Assembly: GCA_963841735.1 (NCBI GenBank)
Contig: CAWJDT010000001.1
Coordinates: 1,472,001 to 1,536,000, forward strand
Length of the DNA stretch: 64,000 nucleotides
DNA from: an uncultured Actinomycetes bacterium
GTDB taxonomy: Bacteria > Actinomycetota > Thermoleophilia > RBG-16-64-13
Direction of reading: 5' to 3'
The notes below the pieces were generated by a model that was given only the letters and a program-made list of their open reading frames with translations, ran no database searches and had not been told where the DNA came from. This document shows positions 61,919 through 64,000 of the stretch, piece by piece; within the stretch, counting starts at the first letter, position 1, and every line of letters begins with the position of its first letter. Position numbers and translations under genes: made by a program.

Positions 61919-64000
61919 ATGAGTGAGTACGCTTGCTTCTGGCACCCCCAGCAGAAGGGTCCCTCACTGGATGACCGGTGCCCGCTTTGCGAGAGGCCGT
62001 ATCGTCGGCCTATTGAGACGCGATATCTCCCAGAATCAATAAATGGATTCATGGTTGAGAGCGGCTTGGGTCGCGGCTTCTACAGTGCGGTCTTCGGCGT
62101 GCGCCGTGCCAATCGTTCAACCCGGTTTGCCATGAAGGTGATTCCTGTGGACTTCTACCGGCCGCGCTCCGAAGGAGGGATAAAGCCTGACGGAAAGAGC
62201 ATTGAGCAAGAGATAGAGATCCACGAACAGCTGTCAAAACTCCCAGCTGTTGCTAGCTATGTGGATGATGGGGTTGGCACGATTGAGTTCGATGGCGTTC
62301 CAATCGAATGCTACTGGATTCAGATGGAACTTGCTGAAGGGCCTACCCTGGGTGAGTTGCTAGAAGACGCGCCATCATCCGCGAAGCAGGTCGCACAGAT
62401 CGGATTGGATCTGCTGTCAATCCTGTCGATGCTAAATGACTTGGGCGAACATCATAATGACCTTCATCCGGGCAACATCATCGTGACGTCTTTGGGGCAG
62501 GCAAGAAGATTCGGGGCTATCGAGCCCGATACCCAGGTGAAAGTGCTCGACTGGGGGTCAAGTGCGGATGTCTCACGGTCAGATAACGAGCCCGACAATC
62601 CCGGGGACGTGCGGCAAGTCTCGGCGCACATATTGGATCTGCTGGACGCCCTCGCGAGATCAGGGCTCCGTGAAGACACACAGCAGTTGAACTCCGACTA
62701 TCGTTTTGCCTCTAGCCTCTACAGCCTCTTCTTGTCGTACGGCCGCAAGGACTTGATGCACCCGCTGAGCGCCGAAGACGTGCAAGAAGACATGCAGATT
62801 GCCTATCAGCGCTCGAAGAACCCAGGGTTCACTCCGCAGGGCTTGTCCTCAGTTGCTTCCCACTACAATGCGACCACTCTGGATGCGGCACTCGTTCAAA
62901 GGTTGCTGGTCGATCCGGGGGGAGAATGGGAGCGAGTGACGAGCGATCCCGGACCGCTTGTCATCACTGGCATGCGGGGGTGCGGTAAGACTCATCTTCT
63001 CAAGTCCTTCTGGTGGAAGGCACGGCTTCAGGCCTTGACGCCCAGGGCGCGGCACCAGTTGATCTCCCGGAGCGCCTCCTGAAAGATCCATTCGTCGGAT
63101 TCTACGTGACTTGCGACTTTCTGAGCCGCGCGAGAAGCACATCGAGGCTGAGCTTGCTCGTTTTGGCGTATGCGTACGATGCTCTGGAGGCCTTGGATTG
63201 GACCACCGCCCTCGGGGATTCGCACATCGACTACGGACAACTTGGTGGATTGGTGGACACGCTGGTCCGACTCATACCATGGTATGAACCACCACGTCGG
63301 CGTGAGTCAGTTACGGCGATACTGGATAGCATCAAGCGGGCGATATATGTGAGTCCGGCGGATTCGAAAACTGATGTTGACAGGGGAGCTTTTGAGCAAC
63401 TGGCTGCCGCCGTTACGCCACTTGTTGACTTTTGGAACAACAAGAGGGTTTTGTTCTTGTTGGATGATGTATCACGTCATCTAACCCCGACTGAGACCTT
63501 CGAGCTATTCGACCAAGCGCTTGTGCCACATGCGATGTACGCCTTCAAAGTCTCAGCAGAGACTCTGACTATGGAGATACACTCGCCAGGAGGTCCGCCG
63601 GCCTTGAGCGGGCGAGACTATCGCGTATTCGACCTGGGTCAGCTCGTCCTGGACAAGCTCGGTGGTTCTCAAGGGGTTGAGTTCGTTGACACCGTGCTGT
63701 ACGTCCGCGCGACATGCGTTGATGGACCCCAAGAGAGACCACGATACGTTCTGGGCACTAACCCGCTTGTGTCGATTGCGCGTCGTATTGGTGATCCCGC
63801 TGGTAGCCACGACGACATTTACTGGGGTATCAACGCTCTGGCCGCCATGTGCTGCGGGGACATCGGAGACATCATCCTACTGTACTCACGGATCACCAAT
63901 CCAAGGTCAATGGACAAGGCCCCTGAATTGCCGCTTGAGTCCAGGCACCAGCACAAGGTGATCGTCGAGTTTGCCAAGGCCAAGCTGAAGAACCTTTATT
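61919..64000 (+). CDS. Ser/Thr-kinase-like domain fused to ORC/CDC6-like P-loop ATPase (frameshift near 63050; runs off window)
   Basis: LGRGFYSAV, FAMKV, HNDLHPGN, VLDWG; Walker A GMRGCGKT; manual translation from 63061 stays open to the edge with FVGFYV, Walker B VLFLLDD, FKVSAE, GRDY..FDLG, YWG...CGDIGDII. Confidence 0.82.

Larger units (their letters stand above)
51585..64000. other. Defence island built of repeat-delimited modules; extends beyond window
   Basis: AbiE TA, NTase-wHTH pair, Vsr/Dcm/HNH, kinase-ATPase; repeated motifs A and B; duplicated DUF362 5' region; visibly more A/T-rich sequence towards the right end. Confidence 0.8.

Overview
GC-rich bacterial chromosomal DNA. Gene content (Cys-lipoproteins, MMPL, RACo/ASKHA, Fe-S aldo/keto reductases, DUF362) suggests an anaerobic monoderm, probably an Actinomycetota; this is inference only. 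Many genes are split by single indels, which looks like uncorrected long-read error rather than true pseudogenes. Bases 1-51.5 kb are mostly housekeeping or accessory genes: four ABC exporter operons, an MFS, an MMPL, NagZ, PepP, GalT/GalK, Uup, a serpin, a NarL-type two-component system containing an NMT1/THI5 binding protein, a PAS hybrid kinase, a SpoIID-type hydrolase, and an unusual CrtC/AttH-lipocalin + GGPP-synthase fusion followed by an acetoacetate-decarboxylase-family gene. From about 51.6 kb to the right edge is a defence island with a repeated layout on the + strand: motif A - cargo - motif B - DUF362 (complete, then 5' part only) - motif A again. Cargo 1 is AbiEii/AbiEi. Cargo 2 is a DUF6036-like nucleotidyltransferase plus a wHTH protein behind two tandem palindromic operators. 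Cargo 3 begins with Vsr, an RHH-fused C5 methyltransferase and an HNH nuclease. After that come a catalytically divergent thymidine-phosphorylase-like gene and a kinase fused to an ORC/CDC6-like ATPase that runs off the window; this pair is the best candidate for an undescribed system. I saw no tRNA, rRNA, CRISPR array, integrase or transposase.
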